A stretch of 64,000 nucleotides of DNA. Source: the human T2T-CHM13v2.0 reference genome, Homo sapiens. Positions 1-14,869 of the stretch are shown in pieces. Below the pieces are notes generated by a model. That model ran no database searches. It saw nothing but the letters and a program-made list of their open reading frames with translations, and had not been told where the DNA came from. The translations under genes and the position numbers were made by a program. The first letter of the stretch is position 1; each line of letters begins with the position of its first letter. Location: the NCBI RefSeq assembly GCF_009914755.1, contig NC_060938.1, one strand, 5' to 3'.

Positions 1-530
1 CAAAGCCACCAAATTGGGAGATCGAGTGCTTTCCATACTTCAAATATCTCTGAAGAGACAGTTAGAAGCTAGCTTTAAAAAATAACATTTTATCTGCAAG
101 GCAAGAGACAAAATGTACTGTATACCAACACTGTACTCTAGCTGGTAAATTGCTTCTCACAGGAGTATGTGTTAGCAATTCTGAAACCATTTTATGTTAA
201 CTTAGGACTGAACAGATAAATATATTATAGATAATGGGAGTCAGGTTTTTCCACTGCTGGATAAAGAAAATAGAAATAACCAAGGGGGTAGGGGCTCAAA
301 CAAATCCTATGATGCTGGTTTAGAGTCACAGGTATTCTTATGAACTCATATTTATATTAATGCCTATATAGAGATAGATTGGTATAGAAATACATATTAA
401 TATGTACGTATATACATGGTAATTATACATATTTTTCAGGTCTGTCTACTAAAAGGACCTAGAAGCAGTGACACACCCATAGCAATAGGTAACACTTAGC
501 ACCAGATCTCAGTTTCTAAATACTATTTTT
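1..530 (+). mobile_element. Old LINE-1 3' UTR fragment (L1MC3/L1MC4-like)
   Basis: Motifs gggagtcaggttttt and gaagcagtgacacacccatagcaatag...cagatctcagtttctaaatac resemble L1MC3/4 3' ends. Boundaries approximate. Confidence 0.6.
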
Positions 531-777
531 AAGTCTCCACATTTAACAATTTTTTGATCTTGCTATAAATTATCAGTGGAAGGCTTCAAGGTAACAACTG
601 TGACTCATTTCTTTCTCAAATGATCATTGAATGATCTGACACTAAAATGTCAATTGAATTCAACTTTTGTAGCAGTTCAGGGTATATACACTATTGGTGT
701 GGGGACAAAATATCTAAGACTCACTCCATATATATGCAATAATAAAAACTATATCACAATTTCTTCCTGGTCAATTA

Positions 778-866
778 TTGTAAAACACCATCAATTGTAT
801 GGTGCACCTATTTTTCAGAGGAGAAAAATGTAAATTAAAAATGTGTAACTTAGAATGGATAAAATA
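778..866. mobile_element. Tc2/Mariner-type DNA transposon end (MER104/Kanga-like)
   Basis: ccatcaattgtatggtgcacc...tttcagag...aaaatgtgtaacttagaatggataaaata resembles the MER104/Kanga terminal sequence. Confidence 0.45.
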
Positions 867-1217
867 TTATGAATACAAAATGCCTGAGATCAATTAGTTA
901 AGTCTGCGTGGATCACAACTTTATCCTTAGTTTCCTCCACTTCCTCAAAGACTGAAAAATCTGACTTCACTGCATATTTAAATGACGCTCCTACTGCAAC
1001 TTCTTTACCTCACTTCAAATCACTGACAGAAAACCATTATTATAAACAAATTGACACCCGCATAAGTGTGTATGGAAATAAATTCTCCTTTTCCCATCAT
1101 TTAAAACATTGAAAATGAACATAGAAATGAAGACATATAAATAAACATAAAGAGATAAATTTCAAGATAGAAAAAGTATAATTTTATGAATTGGTAATTC
1201 ACTATGCTGATATTTTA

Positions 1218-1304
1218 CACACACACACACACACGCAATGCACATACATGACAGTTAAATGAGTGGCTAGATAGATAATGAGAAGTGGGGAGAGAGAGAG
1301 AGAG
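1218..1304. repeat. (CA)n and (GA)n microsatellites
   Basis: Directly visible at about 1218-1234 and 1290-1304. Confidence 0.9.
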
Positions 1305-1768
1305 ATGTCATTAGAACATACACCACAAATGCATTTAAGCCTTAAATCTATTTTAAACCAAATTATAATTGTTCCCATTCACTTAAGATATCTTTGCTTA
1401 AAATCACTATCATTAAATTTCATCTCCATAAAATGGTTTTATTAAAATCTAAATGTTTTTATTTTTATTAGTGAATTTTGAATTTTAACATGTTTTCAGC
1501 TTTCAAAACAATGTTGACTTTAGTCCATAATGTTCTCACATTGGATGAAGAGTTAATAGCAGTTTGTGCCACATTTCCTCCACAAATAAATCAAAAGAAT
1601 GGTTCAGAATGGTAAATCATAACCTAATACAAAAGCACACAGTAATGTCAACTAGAATTAAATGTCACCATGTATGGTTCCTTTCCATTATCAACAAGTG
1701 ACTACTGAATGAACAAATAATTATGTGGCAATAATTCAGATTCTAGGTAAAAGGACTTTTTGAAAACA

Positions 1769-3338
<1,570 letters not shown>

Positions 3339-3654
3339 CTATAGAATGAATGTAAAAAGTGATGGCTTATGCTTATATACATACTTTTGAAATTTCATAA
3401 CTCAACTATTGATCTGCTTATACCACTGTTCCTCTTTCATGTCTACATTACTTGCTTAAAGTCATCTGGAATGCCCATATTGTGGTCCTAGGTATTTTCA
3501 CTAGAAGAAGTTACTTCTAAATCAAGTAATTTGTCTCTGAGTAGCAAATACCCTTCAGAGTGTTCATAACTGGTAACACATTGGTGGCATATTTATAAGT
3601 GTATAAAATATAAGACAAACATTAACAAAAATTATACAATTCTTATCCATACAG

Positions 3655-3880
3655 AAGCAGTAGAGCACAGAGGAAAGATCATGTATTTTGGCACTAAAAA
3701 GCCCCTAGTTATATTTTCACTTTTCACTTTCTAGTCATATGACCTTCATTATGTTATTTAACTTCTCTCTTTCTTAGTTTCCTGATCTATAAAATAAGAA
3801 AAATAGTGATATATCATACCATTGTTATGATCATTTATTAAGTTCAGGTATAAAGTTTCTGATACAATAGGTGTCAAGCG
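3655..3880 (+). mobile_element. MIR SINE
   Basis: Degenerate MIR core: tatgaccttc...ttatttaacttctct...agtttcctgatctataaaataag. Confidence 0.6.
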
Positions 3881-4179
3881 GTTGGCACTTTTTTCATTCA
3901 AATGATTCAAAATCCATAAAGGAAGAAAGGTTTGTTTACACATTTATATATAATGCATTATAATAAAAGATTAAAATAGTATTAACTTATTCATAGATTA
4001 CATATATATGTACGTTTTTCATCAAATTCTATGTTATTCTAGTATTTAACTTCTTATGAACTTCTTATGAATAATGCATATTCTAAGTGAATGTTAAAGC
4101 TCCCAAAAGACAATTCTTCTACCCCTCTTAACATACTTTCCCTCCGTGGCACCACAGTTTTTCTTATAAAAGTCTTAGA

Positions 4180-5600
4180 GTCTGGACATACACAGGCAAA
4201 AAAAAAAAAAAAAAGAATCTAGAAACAGACTTCATACTCTTTACAAAACTTAATTCAAAATGGATCACAGATCTAAATGTAAAAAAATATATACATAAAA
4301 GTCCTAGAAGATAACACAGTTCAAAATTAGATGACCTTGGTTTTGACATTGATTTTTTAAAATATATAACACAATAAGCATAATTCATAAAATAAAGACT
4401 ATGTATGCTGGACCTCCCTAAAATTAAAAATGTCTTCTACATAAAACACTAACAAGGGAATAAAAAGACAAGTCACAGATTCTAAGAAAATATTTGCAAG
4501 AAGATTTATCTAATAAAGGACTATTATCCTAAATATACAAAACTCTCAAACTCAACAATAAGAAAATAAACAACCTGATTTTTAAAATAAGCCAAAGAGT
4601 TTAGCAGACACCTCACTGGAAAAGATATATAGAGGCCAAATAAGCATGTAAGAAAGTGCTCCACATCATCTTCTTGATATGTCATCAAAAACTGCAGATT
4701 AAAGAACTGAGCTACCACTAGATACCTATTAGAATGATCAAAATCTAGGACACTGAGAACATCAAATGCTGGCAAGGACATAGAGCAACAGAAATTTTCA
4801 TTCATTGCTGGTGGGAATGCAAGATGACACCACAACTTTAGAAGAAAGTTGGTAGTTTGTTACAAAATTAAACATACTCTTACCATATGAGCCAGAAATT
4901 GTGCTCCTTAACATTGACCCAAAGCAATTCAAAATATACGTCCATAAAAAAACCCTACACATAAGTGTTTATAGCAGATTTATTCATAACACCCCAAACT
5001 TGGAAGCAACCAAGACGTCCTTCAGTAGGTGCATGGATAAAATACTGTGGCACATTTATACAATGAAATATTATTCAGAGCTAAAAAGAAATGAGCTATC
5101 AGGCAATGAAGAGACATGGAGAAACCTGAAATTCATACTGCTATGTGATTGCTATGTGATGGAAGCCAATCTAAAAATGTTACCTATTGTATGATTACAA
5201 CTATATGACATTCTGGAAAAGCCAAAACTATGTCAAGAATGAAAGGATTATTGGTTACAGGGTTGAGGAGAAGGAGAGGAATCAGTGAAGAACAGATGAC
5301 TTTCAGGGCAGTGAAACTACTCTGTATGATATCATAATCATGCATATATGTCATCATAAATATGTTAAAACCTACAGACTGTACAACATCAAGAGTGAAC
5401 CCTTATGTAAATTATGTATGTTAGTTGATAATGATGAGTAAATGGACGTTCATCAATTGTAACTAATGTACAATTCCGGTGGGTGGTGTTGATAATGCAG
5501 TAGGCTGTGCATGTCTAGAGGAGGGAGGGATATGGGAAATCTCTGTATTTTCTTCTTAATTGTGTGGCAAATGTAAAAATTCTCTAAGAAGTAGTCTTCA
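4180..5600 (+). mobile_element. L1MC1/L1MC2-type LINE-1 (ORF2 3' part plus 3' UTR)
   Basis: Decayed ORF2 followed by the L1MC 3' end: gtacaacatcaagagtgaaccc...gggaaatctctgta. Confidence 0.85.
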
Positions 5601-7154
5601 TAAACAGTCCTAAAGAGTTTTAAAATTAGAACAAAAACAAAATAACAACAAAAATACTCAATATGTTGCAATTGAAAGAAATGTCTAAGATTAAAATATA
5701 AAGATTGTGTAACACCATTTTTCTTTTCTTTTTCTTTTTTTTTTTTTTTTTGCAATCAGGTGACTGATTTTGGCTTAGACAATGTGAAAAATATCCCTTC
5801 CTGCCAAACCAGATTGTAATGGCTTTGCTCCACTGCCAATATCATTATATTTCAGGAGAAGCATAACAGGTACAGTTATAATAGATACATAAATGTAGAG
5901 AGCCCTCAGATCTCAGACACAGTCATCTTGAACTCAGAAGAACCAACTGGTGAACAACCAAGTGTGGGGTATATTTGAAGTAGATTTTTTTGTCAAGTCT
6001 AAACTATGGACAATTTCCTACTAAGAAGCCAATATTTATTTGCAATTTGAAATAAGTCATGGCATGTGGAAGCAACTATTTTAGTGCCAAATTCAGAAGA
6101 CAGAAGAGATCAGTGAACATAGCAAAACTTTGGCAAGGGATGAAAAAGAAAAGAAAATAAAATAAGTCCTTTAACTATAACTGTCAAATAATTTCACCCA
6201 TATATACTAAGTCTGAAAAATAAAATAACATTTGCATTTACTCTTATCTATACATACTAAATTGTGTATTGTTTTCATTTTTTCTAAGTTCAGTCATTCT
6301 CAAGTTTATTTGTTGCTTTACTTATAAAGTTTGAGATTAAAGTTTACTTAATGCAATTTTTAAATCTACTCTCTGTATGCTAAGCAAAGTGAATCCCAAA
6401 TGATGTTTAGAGTCAGGATATAAGTTTTTTGGAATGGACAGATCACATAAGTGATAGCTATACACATAAACTCAACTGGTCACATAAAAATCATTTCCAT
6501 TTTCTTTCATTTTACACCATTCTATTCCATTTACATTTTCTAACCATGTGCATATATTATTTCTATTCTTTTTCTTCAAGTTCGACAGAGGTGCAATCAT
6601 GGATCATTTTTGTACACACATCTGTAAATCTTATTAAATACTTTGAAAATAGAACACTGTCTCTTACGAGTAATATTTAGAAATAAAAAATTTTAATGTA
6701 TTTTAATAGTGTATATATTTTCATCATTATATAAATACATATATTAGTTAATATGTCAAAGAAATTGTAATTTATTTCAAAACAGATGCCAAATTTAACC
6801 CTATTTATTTAAAATGTTTTGAACTGTTGAAAAGACAAGTTTTATTCAAGAAACAGGTCAGGTAAAAAATCAGTTGCTGTCAGCTGAAAGCCAGTTGAGT
6901 GAACTGTTAGTAAACCCTTAAAAGGCACATGAGAAAACTACTTTAGTTATGTATGTGAAAGAGTCCAAGAAGCTAAACTTCAGAGCTAGGAGCAAAGGCC
7001 ACAAGGCTTACACTAGGAGAAAAACATCTATTTTGCAATGCAGCAGAAAGATACCAAAACCTTTTTGCTTTAGAAATGCTCCTGAGAACCGAGAGGTACA
7101 CAGCCAACAAATTCTCACATTTTAGTCTGTGATTTCATTTGACACTTTAAATCA

Positions 7155-7375
7155 TTGAGTGTTAGAACTGGAAAGACCTTAGAAAGTATGTCATTCAACC
7201 CTCTCATTTTATGTAAAAAGTGCCATGGGGTTTGTAACCAAAACACCTGAGCTAATTTTTCAATCAGTATTTAATGGCGGACTTTCTTTAAGCATGTCAT
7301 TTTTTACTCTGGACCTCATTTGCACATCTACAATACCGTGATAATTGTATCTACCATGCAGATTTGTAATGATAC
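7155..7375. mobile_element. MIR fragments
   Basis: ttagaactggaaagaccttagaa...caaccctctcatttt (minus) and ggacctcatttgcacatctac (plus). Confidence 0.5.
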
Positions 7376-7377
7376 TT

Positions 7378-7881
7378 GTATTAGCTCCCCAGTCCCATTA
7401 CAACAAATTACTGCAAACTTGGTGAATTAAAACAATAAAAATTCATTTTCTTACAATTGTGGAGGTAGAGTTTCAGAAGTCTAAAACGGGTCACACTGGA
7501 GGAAAATCAAGGCGCTGGCAGGCCTAAATTCCTTCTGAAGACACGAGGGAGAAATGTGTTTCCTGGCCATCGTCAGCTTCCAGAGACTGCTTGCATTTCT
7601 CGGCTTCTAGCACTCTCCTTTCCACTTTCACATTGACTCTCCTACCTCCTCTCCCTTATAGAAATCCCTGTGATTACATTAGTCTCACCTGGATAAACCA
7701 GAGTATTCTTATTATCCCAAGATCCCCATCTCAACTAATTAGCAACCTTAATACCACCAGCAGCCTTAATTTCCCCTTTCCACTTAACACAACATATTCA
7801 CCATTTCTGGGGACTAGTAGGTTGCCATCCTTGGTGATGGGCGGAAGGAGGACAGAGGGGATAATTTTTCTGCCTACCATA
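7378..7881 (-). mobile_element. MLT1D-like MaLR solo LTR
   Basis: Runs tgtattag...aacaaattactgcaaacttggtg...aaaatcaaggcgctggcagg...ttagcaaccttaat...ttctgcctaccata. Confidence 0.85.
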
Positions 7882-8219
7882 ACAATTACCCAAGTAATAT
7901 ACGCAAATGCACCCTGTAGATCACAAAGTATTATACGTATGTAAATAATTTCTATTAGAAAGAACAAGAAAATAATGGTTATGGTTTCACGGTTAATTAG
8001 CAGCAGAGCTCATCTCAGCCTCAGTTCTCATAATTACCTGACCAGAACCTTATACACCTCAACATGGAGGATCTGATCAGAAGCACATATAAGGAAAACC
8101 ATAAACTTGGCTTGAATTCACTAACAAGCATCTTGAAGACCTAACTGTTCATTTCAAAATGAACTTTTGACATCTGCCTAGATTTGATGCATAGTTCCAC
8201 AATTCTTTAATTCTGAGAA

Positions 8220-8380
8220 TTTTAGCAACTTTCATAATTTCTCTGAGTCTCATTTTCCACATATGTAAAATAGCAATAATAGCATAACTTCAGTGGTTTG
8301 TTGAAAAAGTAAAATGAGAAAATTCATATGAAGTACTTAGCAAACTGACACACAGCAAATGTGCAAGAGGTGTTAATTGT
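8220..8380 (+). mobile_element. MIR SINE
   Basis: ctctgagtctcattttccacatatgtaaaatag...aaatgagaaaattcatatgaagtacttagca. Confidence 0.7.
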
Positions 8381-9119
8381 CTTTTATTTCCTAGATAAAT
8401 ACAACCACCTGCCAGTCACAAAATACCTATGCTAGACACCATGGCACTCTGGGAAATTTGAATTAGACTCATTTTATGGCCTTAAGAAGTTTATAATTCA
8501 AGAATAAAATAAGTTAAATGTATTTGTTCAGCTAATTGAAGTATCTTTATATGTAAAGTAGCCTTCTTTGCACTGTCTTCTAACCATTCAAAATCTACAA
8601 AGGAGTAAAAGCTGCCAGGACACAGGGAAAGTCTATTAAAGGAAACTCATTGCTGAGCATGACAAATTCCAAAATATTCTCAGGGACATAGAGTGACAAT
8701 TACATTACCAAATCAAAGGAAACTTCAACTGCTAAAAATTCAATCTTTGTGAATTATATAAGATCACATTTCAAAATATAAAATATATATACATATCCAG
8801 AATATAAACTGGATTATGAGTTTATGTTGAAACCCTTCAGGAAAAATCTTGTAGAAGATTCTGAAGGACAAGGGCACAGCAGGATCCTAGAGTGAGTCAG
8901 TGACCTACTGGGCAGGCTAAAAATATGACATTTTATGCAGTTATAGGAACTTGATTCTTGAAAGTAAAATCAAGATACTTTGGACTGTAATGTCAGACAT
9001 CTATTCATTAAGTGAGTTATGCTACTCTGTAACTAACAAAAGTGATTATTAAGTTTTCACCATGGTGTATGAACAAGTGAAGATACATACACTTTTTCAT
9101 GCAAAAACTTGTATTTTAG

Positions 9120-9335
9120 TTGTTATCTTTTCTCAAATTCAATACAATTACAAACAAATTCAGAATAAGGAGTTTTAAGAATTTTAACAAGTTGATTCTC
9201 AAATTAAACTAGAAAAAAACCTGCTTAAAAATACAAAATAATTTTCTAAATAAAATAAAATTAGGAGTCTTGACTGACAAAATTTACTATAAAATACAGT
9301 AACTAATACATTGTGGCATTGGTACAGGGTTAATA
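9120..9335 (+). mobile_element. Old L1M ORF2 fragment
   Basis: ttcaatacaatt...aacaagttgattctcaaatt...cattgtggcattggtac resembles decayed ORF2. Confidence 0.5.
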
Positions 9336-9724
9336 TAGAAATTAATCACTAAAATAAAATTCATAAATAGTATTATAATATGCAGTTGATATCCATTGGT
9401 ATGTTTCTACAGTTTGTAAAATATCTGTATAATTTGGTAAATACCTGTTTCTCAGGTTACCCAAGTGTCTCCTCCAATCCCAGCTCTTCCCAGGGATCCC
9501 AAAATAATTCTCCACAATCTTGGATCTAGTAGCCTGTCAAAGAAGAGGCTTATGGAACTTCTTCAGTCCCAAAGTCAGTATCAATTCGGATTGGTCAGTG
9601 CATCTACCAATCTGATTGTTAAATATACTGAATATTATATTAATATGTTTATATGCATATATACCTGTACTTGTATGTTTTTAAGTGTCTGTCCATGTAG
9701 GCCATTCAAGAATATTACTGAAAT

Positions 9725-9849
9725 AGCTGGATGTGGTGGCTCGTTCCTGTAATCCCAGCTACTCAAAAGGCTGAGGCAGGAGGATAGCTTTACGCCAGGA
9801 GTTTGAGACCAGCCTGAGCAACATAGTAAGACCCCCGTCTCTAAAAAAA
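9725..9849 (+). mobile_element. Free left Alu monomer (FLAM_A-like)
   Basis: Single monomer: gtggtggctc...tcccagctactc...ggagtttgagaccagcctgagcaacatagtaagacccccgtctct plus A tail. Confidence 0.85.
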
Positions 9850-9889
9850 TCTGAGAAGTTTTTATAGAAAGAATACTATTAAAGTATAA

Positions 9890-10190
9890 GAACTCTTTAT
9901 ATATTCTGCTTCAACATTCTTTGTGAGATGTATGCATCGCAAAAACTTCTCCCACTATGTTGCTTGTCTTTTTATTTTTTATGATGTCTTTTGAAGAGCA
10001 AAGTTTCCCATTTTGATAAAGTTTAATTTACCATTTTCTATTTTCTAATTCATGCTTTTTCTGATTCAGTTAATCTTTGCATACTCTAATGTCTCAATAA
10101 TTTTCTCCTCTTTTTGTACTTAAAAATGTTATAGATATAGCTATGACACTTAAGTCTATGGCTATTTTATATCAATTTTTATGTATATTG
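9890..10190 (-). mobile_element. Old L1M ORF2 fragment
   Basis: Antisense ORF2 motifs ctttatatattctg...ttctcccactatgttgcttgtctttt. Confidence 0.65.
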
Positions 10191-10329
10191 CTTGCAGTTC
10201 TTTTTTTATTTCTTTTGGTTTTTCCAGAAACATAATATGTCATCTACATATAGAGAAAGTAATATCACTTTCTTTACAATTCTGAGTGGTTCTAGTAGTC
10301 AAACATTTTAATTATTGCAGCTAATATAA

Positions 10330-11122
10330 GTTGTCTTATTCCATACACATTCCAATCCCTTCCTCTTTTTCTTACCTACTGTCCAATGGCTAGAAAATGA
10401 AAATACTAGATACCTGTGCTGCTAGGTGGGGCAGTGTGAGAGCATTTTCCAGTAAGCCATAAGTAGATGTACATGAGTGTCATGTCTTCTTTTTCCTTCC
10501 TTCTTACTGCATGAAATATGTTGTACCTGCAGCAGAGCATTTGTCACTAAGAACAGTGGAACATAAAGACAGAAAGCACTTGGTTCCTTCAGGGAAGTAT
10601 TAGGTTGTGAGATGGTTTGGCTCTGTCTCCCTATCCAAATCTCATCTTGAATTGTAATCCCCATGTGTCCAGGGAGGGACCTGTAATCCCCACATGTTCT
10701 AGGAAGGAAGTGATTAGATTATGTGGGCAGTTTACCCCATGATGTTCTTGTGATAGTGAGTGAATCAAATGAGATATGATGGTTGTAAACATGGCAATTT
10801 TTCTGGTGCTCGCACCTCACTTCTCTCACCTGCCACTGTGTAAGACATGCCTGCTTCCCCTTCTGCCATTATTGTAAGTTTCCCGAGGCCTTTCCAGTCA
10901 TGCAAAACTATGAGTTAATTAAATATCTTTCCTTCAAAATTACCCAGTCTCGAGGGGTATCCTTTGTAGCAGTGTGAGAATGGACTAATACAGGTTGTTA
11001 TATTGGCCCTGGAATACTCACTTGCAGACTACTGTCATGTAAAACGAAAATGAAACCTCCTATTTGTTTAAGTCCCTATTTAGAGGTTTCTGCAACCCAC
11101 AGAAGTCTACCCTAATTGATGT
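10330..11122 (+). mobile_element. MLT1J/K-like LTR, interrupted by THE1D
   Basis: gacagaaagcacttggttcctt before, and aaacctcctatttgtttaagtcc...ccctaattgat after, the THE1 insertion. Confidence 0.55.
10608..10992 (+). mobile_element. THE1D-like MaLR solo LTR with 5-bp TSD GGTTG
   Basis: TG...CA termini (tgagatggtttggctctg...ggactaataca). TSD at 10603-10607 and 10993-10997. Confidence 0.92.
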
Positions 11123-12294
11123 GTAGAGGTAGAGAAAAGTATACTTCTACTCCATCCCTTTCTCCACGTGCATTTATGGATTCCTCTATGTGATTACAGT
11201 ATGGCTACCTTTCTTCGTTTGTATTTTGTAACTCTAGAATAAAAATAATTTCGTTTGGCTTTGTGCTTCACTTACCTGCATAGTCTCTCACAAAACTGTG
11301 TGCCTATGGAGGACAAAAATAGAGTGTCTTCACAAAATTTACATTCCCCATGGCCTTTGGGTGAATACTTTTATTTTAGTAGATGCACAAACGTATTTTA
11401 ATTGAATTAAAGAATAAAGGAAGAAAACATAGTGAAGGAAAAGAGCAGATATGAAAAAGAACGCTTTAGAAAAAGTTTATTTTTGCTCATAATTACAAAA
11501 AATCTACTTTTTCTAGGCAACTAAAATAAGAAATAAAAATATCTGGACTATAGCATTTGCTTTTCATCTTATATCAGGAATGTAATAGCTATTTAAAATT
11601 CTGTGTATTACTAAGGGATTAGTAACGTTTGCCTCAGCCTAAGGCATCAGCATATTCTAGCATAATAATATTTCTTAGGTAATGTCTTATGTCACAATCA
11701 CCATTGCCTAATTCAAATAGAATGGTAGTTTAACTTTGTTTTCAGAACAAACGTGATGGAAATACCAAGATTCTTTTCAGCTTGGAATATTTTCTTTTTT
11801 TTAGTAGGAAAAATACTGAATTGGGATAAAAAGAGGGACTAGGTAAATCTAACTTTGTAATTTACCGCTTTAGTGCAGGAGATACTAAGGAGGTATCATA
11901 CTGAACGTAACTTTTTAAATGAACCTCCCTTCTTTCATTTAGTTTTCTGTATAAAATGTAGGTCATGGAGAATTTTGCATGAATCAAGCAACTCTCTCAA
12001 TAATTCATTAACTTTTTATAACATCCCCATCATTTATTTAAAAACTGTTGCCAAAATTCATTGGGAAAGTTAATTGGATTCATGTCTCCAATTTCTACCT
12101 ATTTTCAGTTGGTTATCAGTGCTAGAAAGGAAAATTGAGAGGTGACTCCTAAGAGTCTATAAATGACATGAATATTTACGGTTACCTTCCTGTAACTCAC
12201 CAAAGTATAGACTGACACAGTTACATTTGTCTCCGGAGTAAAAAGGACCCAACATTTAAAGCTCCATCTCCTACAAATTCTCCTTCAAAGATGC

Positions 12295-12735
12295 ATGGCT
12301 CATGTGATTATGATGGCTAAAGAGTCCCAAGATCTGCAGTTGGTAAAATGGAGACCTTACAGAGCTGCTAATATAGCTTCAGTAAGAGTCTGAAGGCCTG
12401 AGAACTAGGAGAGTTGATGGTATAAGTTTCGGTTGGAGCAAACAGGCTCAAGATCCAAAAAAAGACAGTGTTACAGTTAAAGTCTGAAGGCTGGAGAAGA
12501 CTAATGCAAGTTGAAGTACTTAGGCAGAAAGAGTTCCCTCTTACTCAGCCCTCTGCTCTCCTCAGATCTTCAATGGATTGCACAAGGCCCACCCACATTA
12601 GGGATAGCAATCTGCTTTACTTAGTCTATCCATTCAAATGTTAATCTCATCAAGAAGCACCCTCACATACACACCCAGAATAATGTTTGATGAAATGTCT
12701 GGGCAACTTAAGTTAACACATAAATTAACCAGCAC
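12295..12735 (-). mobile_element. MLT2B-type ERVL LTR
   Basis: ggctcatgtgattatg...gtctgaaggcctgagaac...gcaatctgctttac...ttaacacataaattaaccagcaca. Confidence 0.85.
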
Positions 12736-12840
12736 AGGGGCCCACTGCCCAACCCCTAAAAAAGAAAAGAAAATCTGAAGACTAGGCTAAATAACTATAG
12801 CAACCAAAATTGTATCAACTCTATTAAATAAAAAGTCATC

Positions 12841-12914
12841 AGTTGTGAGGACGATTAATATAAATAAACCTGTTATTAGTTGTGAGGATGATTAATACAA
12901 ATAAACTTGTTATT
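12841..12914. repeat. 37-bp direct tandem duplication
   Basis: agttgtgaggacgattaatataaataaacctgttatt followed by agttgtgaggatgattaatacaaataaacttgttatt (3 mismatches). Confidence 0.95.
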
Positions 12915-13609
12915 TATAACATTTATGTAAATTCTATACTGTCAAAGAGAAATCTGACCAGATATTTTTGTTAAAAATTCTAGAAAGACTCAACCAATAT
13001 CAGGGTAGACACTATAATGTGCTTTGACTATACATGAGATATTACTAATTAGCTGAAGCAAGTGATACCAGATTACTAGGTAATAAGAGACAGCTTACTA
13101 GCATCCAGGGGACTTTTACAGCCATAAGCAGATGGAGGTGTTTTTAATGTACATTGAATGAAATTGACAGATAAAATGTTTACCTATTCCCTCTTGTTCT
13201 TGTTTCTTCTTTACTACTGCACTTGCTTTCCTAAATATTTTCTCCAGTAAACCCTACATACTCTTTGTTAATATTTCCCTTTATATTTTTAAAATTAAAA
13301 ACAGCAACTAAATTAAATGAAATTTACTTTAAGCAGAAGACAATATAATGTATGCTGTAGTTTTTTTCAAACTCTAATATAGGCAATATTTCTGAGAAGC
13401 AAATCTAGAAACTAAATATTTTATAATTATATAACACTAAAATTATTTATAACAATATATTGTATTTGTTTCTTAAAACGTTAAATATATATGTGAAATA
13501 TGTGGTATCACTCATCTCCTTTGCATTAAGTCCAGAAATGTCCTAGTTGATGTCTCCAGTTAGTAATACTTTAGTCCATATCCATTGATCAACTTTCATC
13601 ATATTTCTA

Positions 13610-13760
13610 TTCCCATTCATTCACTAAATAATTCATCCATTTATTCAACAAACATTTACTGAACACCAAGTACAATTTATTAGGCAAAGTGATAATTCCT
13701 GAAAATAAACACAGAAATTGAAGACTGTCTATACTCAATGAGTACTCACTACAGTTTTCA
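13610..13760 (-). mobile_element. L2 3' end
   Basis: cattcattcact...atttattcaacaaacatttactgaacacc. Confidence 0.65.
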
Positions 13761-13814
13761 AGTAATTGTAACACAGTATATCAATCACTCTGTTATATTC
13801 TAATTAATTGAATT

Positions 13815-13901
13815 ATTTGTATAAATTTAAGGGGTACAAGTGTAATTTGTTAAATAGATATATTGTATGGTGGTGAAGTCTGGGCTTTTAGTATAACCAT
13901 C
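13815..13901 (-). mobile_element. Short L1MA 3'-end fragment
   Basis: ttgtataaatttaaggggtacaagtgtaatttgtt...ggtgaagtctgggcttttagtataaccatc. Confidence 0.75.
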
Positions 13902-13916
13902 TGAGAGATATTTTTT

Positions 13917-13969
13917 AAATTCAATGTAATCACAGATAGGAGATTACATTGAATTTTTCAATGTAATCT
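13917..13969. repeat. Forward/reverse/forward triple inverted repeat
   Basis: aaattcaatgtaatc (13917-13931), its perfect reverse complement (13942-13956), then ttcaatgtaatct (13957-13969). Confidence 0.95.
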
Positions 13970-14431
13970 TCTTCAAGAGCCTGGAGAAGATTATACAGTT
14001 TTCACAGAGATAGTGATAATTGATTTAACTATTTAAGGAGTTCGGAGCATCCCTGTTGTCTTCTAGCATCTATTGAAAAAGAAAAAAATACATCATACAT
14101 GCATAGTGGTGAAGAGTAAGGCTTGTTCAGACTATAAGAGATATTTATCCAGGAGGATACATAACTGAGGGACTGTGGAAGTTAAACTGCACTAATTAGA
14201 TTGGTTATTGCAGTGAGTGTTCAGCCGATAGCATATGTAAAAAACAGTTGTGGTGGTGGTAAATATGTATTATACCATTATTATTAGTATTACCATTACT
14301 GCTGGATAATAATTATAGCAATGGTAATAGCTATAAATATCACTTTAATAGACACCTCCTTGTTATATACTGTACTACTTTATATTATTATTGATAGCAA
14401 TAAAATTGTTAGTTTTATATATTAATAAAAT

Positions 14432-14525
14432 ACAGCTACTTCTAGATTTATAATGGGATTATATCCCAATAAACCCACAGTTAATTGAAAATATCACTAA
14501 TTCAAACCATGGTCAGCTGAGACTC
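14432..14525. mobile_element. Tigger5/MER47-like DNA transposon relic
   Basis: atgggattatatcccaataaacccacagttaattgaaaatatc...aaccatggtcag. Confidence 0.55.
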
Positions 14526-14869
14526 TCAAGAATGCCCTAGAGCAGCTAATAAGTAACCCCAAATAGAAGCCTTAAATCCATCAAGTTATGACCACCACAT
14601 CCTACCACATCCTTCCTGAGAAAGACATCCAATGGTAAGAAATACTTTCCTAGGACTGAGGGCAGAAGAAAAGAAGAATTAAATTGGTACAATTTTTCTC
14701 TTTTCTCTTTTGATCCATAATGTCTAAATTAATAGGTCTATTTTCCTTTTTAGATTTTGATATATAAAGAATGGACAATTTTGTCAAGACATCTAAATAG
14801 GTTGGGGAAATGCATAGTTGTCTTAAAATAATTAAAATGGTCTTGAATCTATTCTGCAATAGCATTTAT

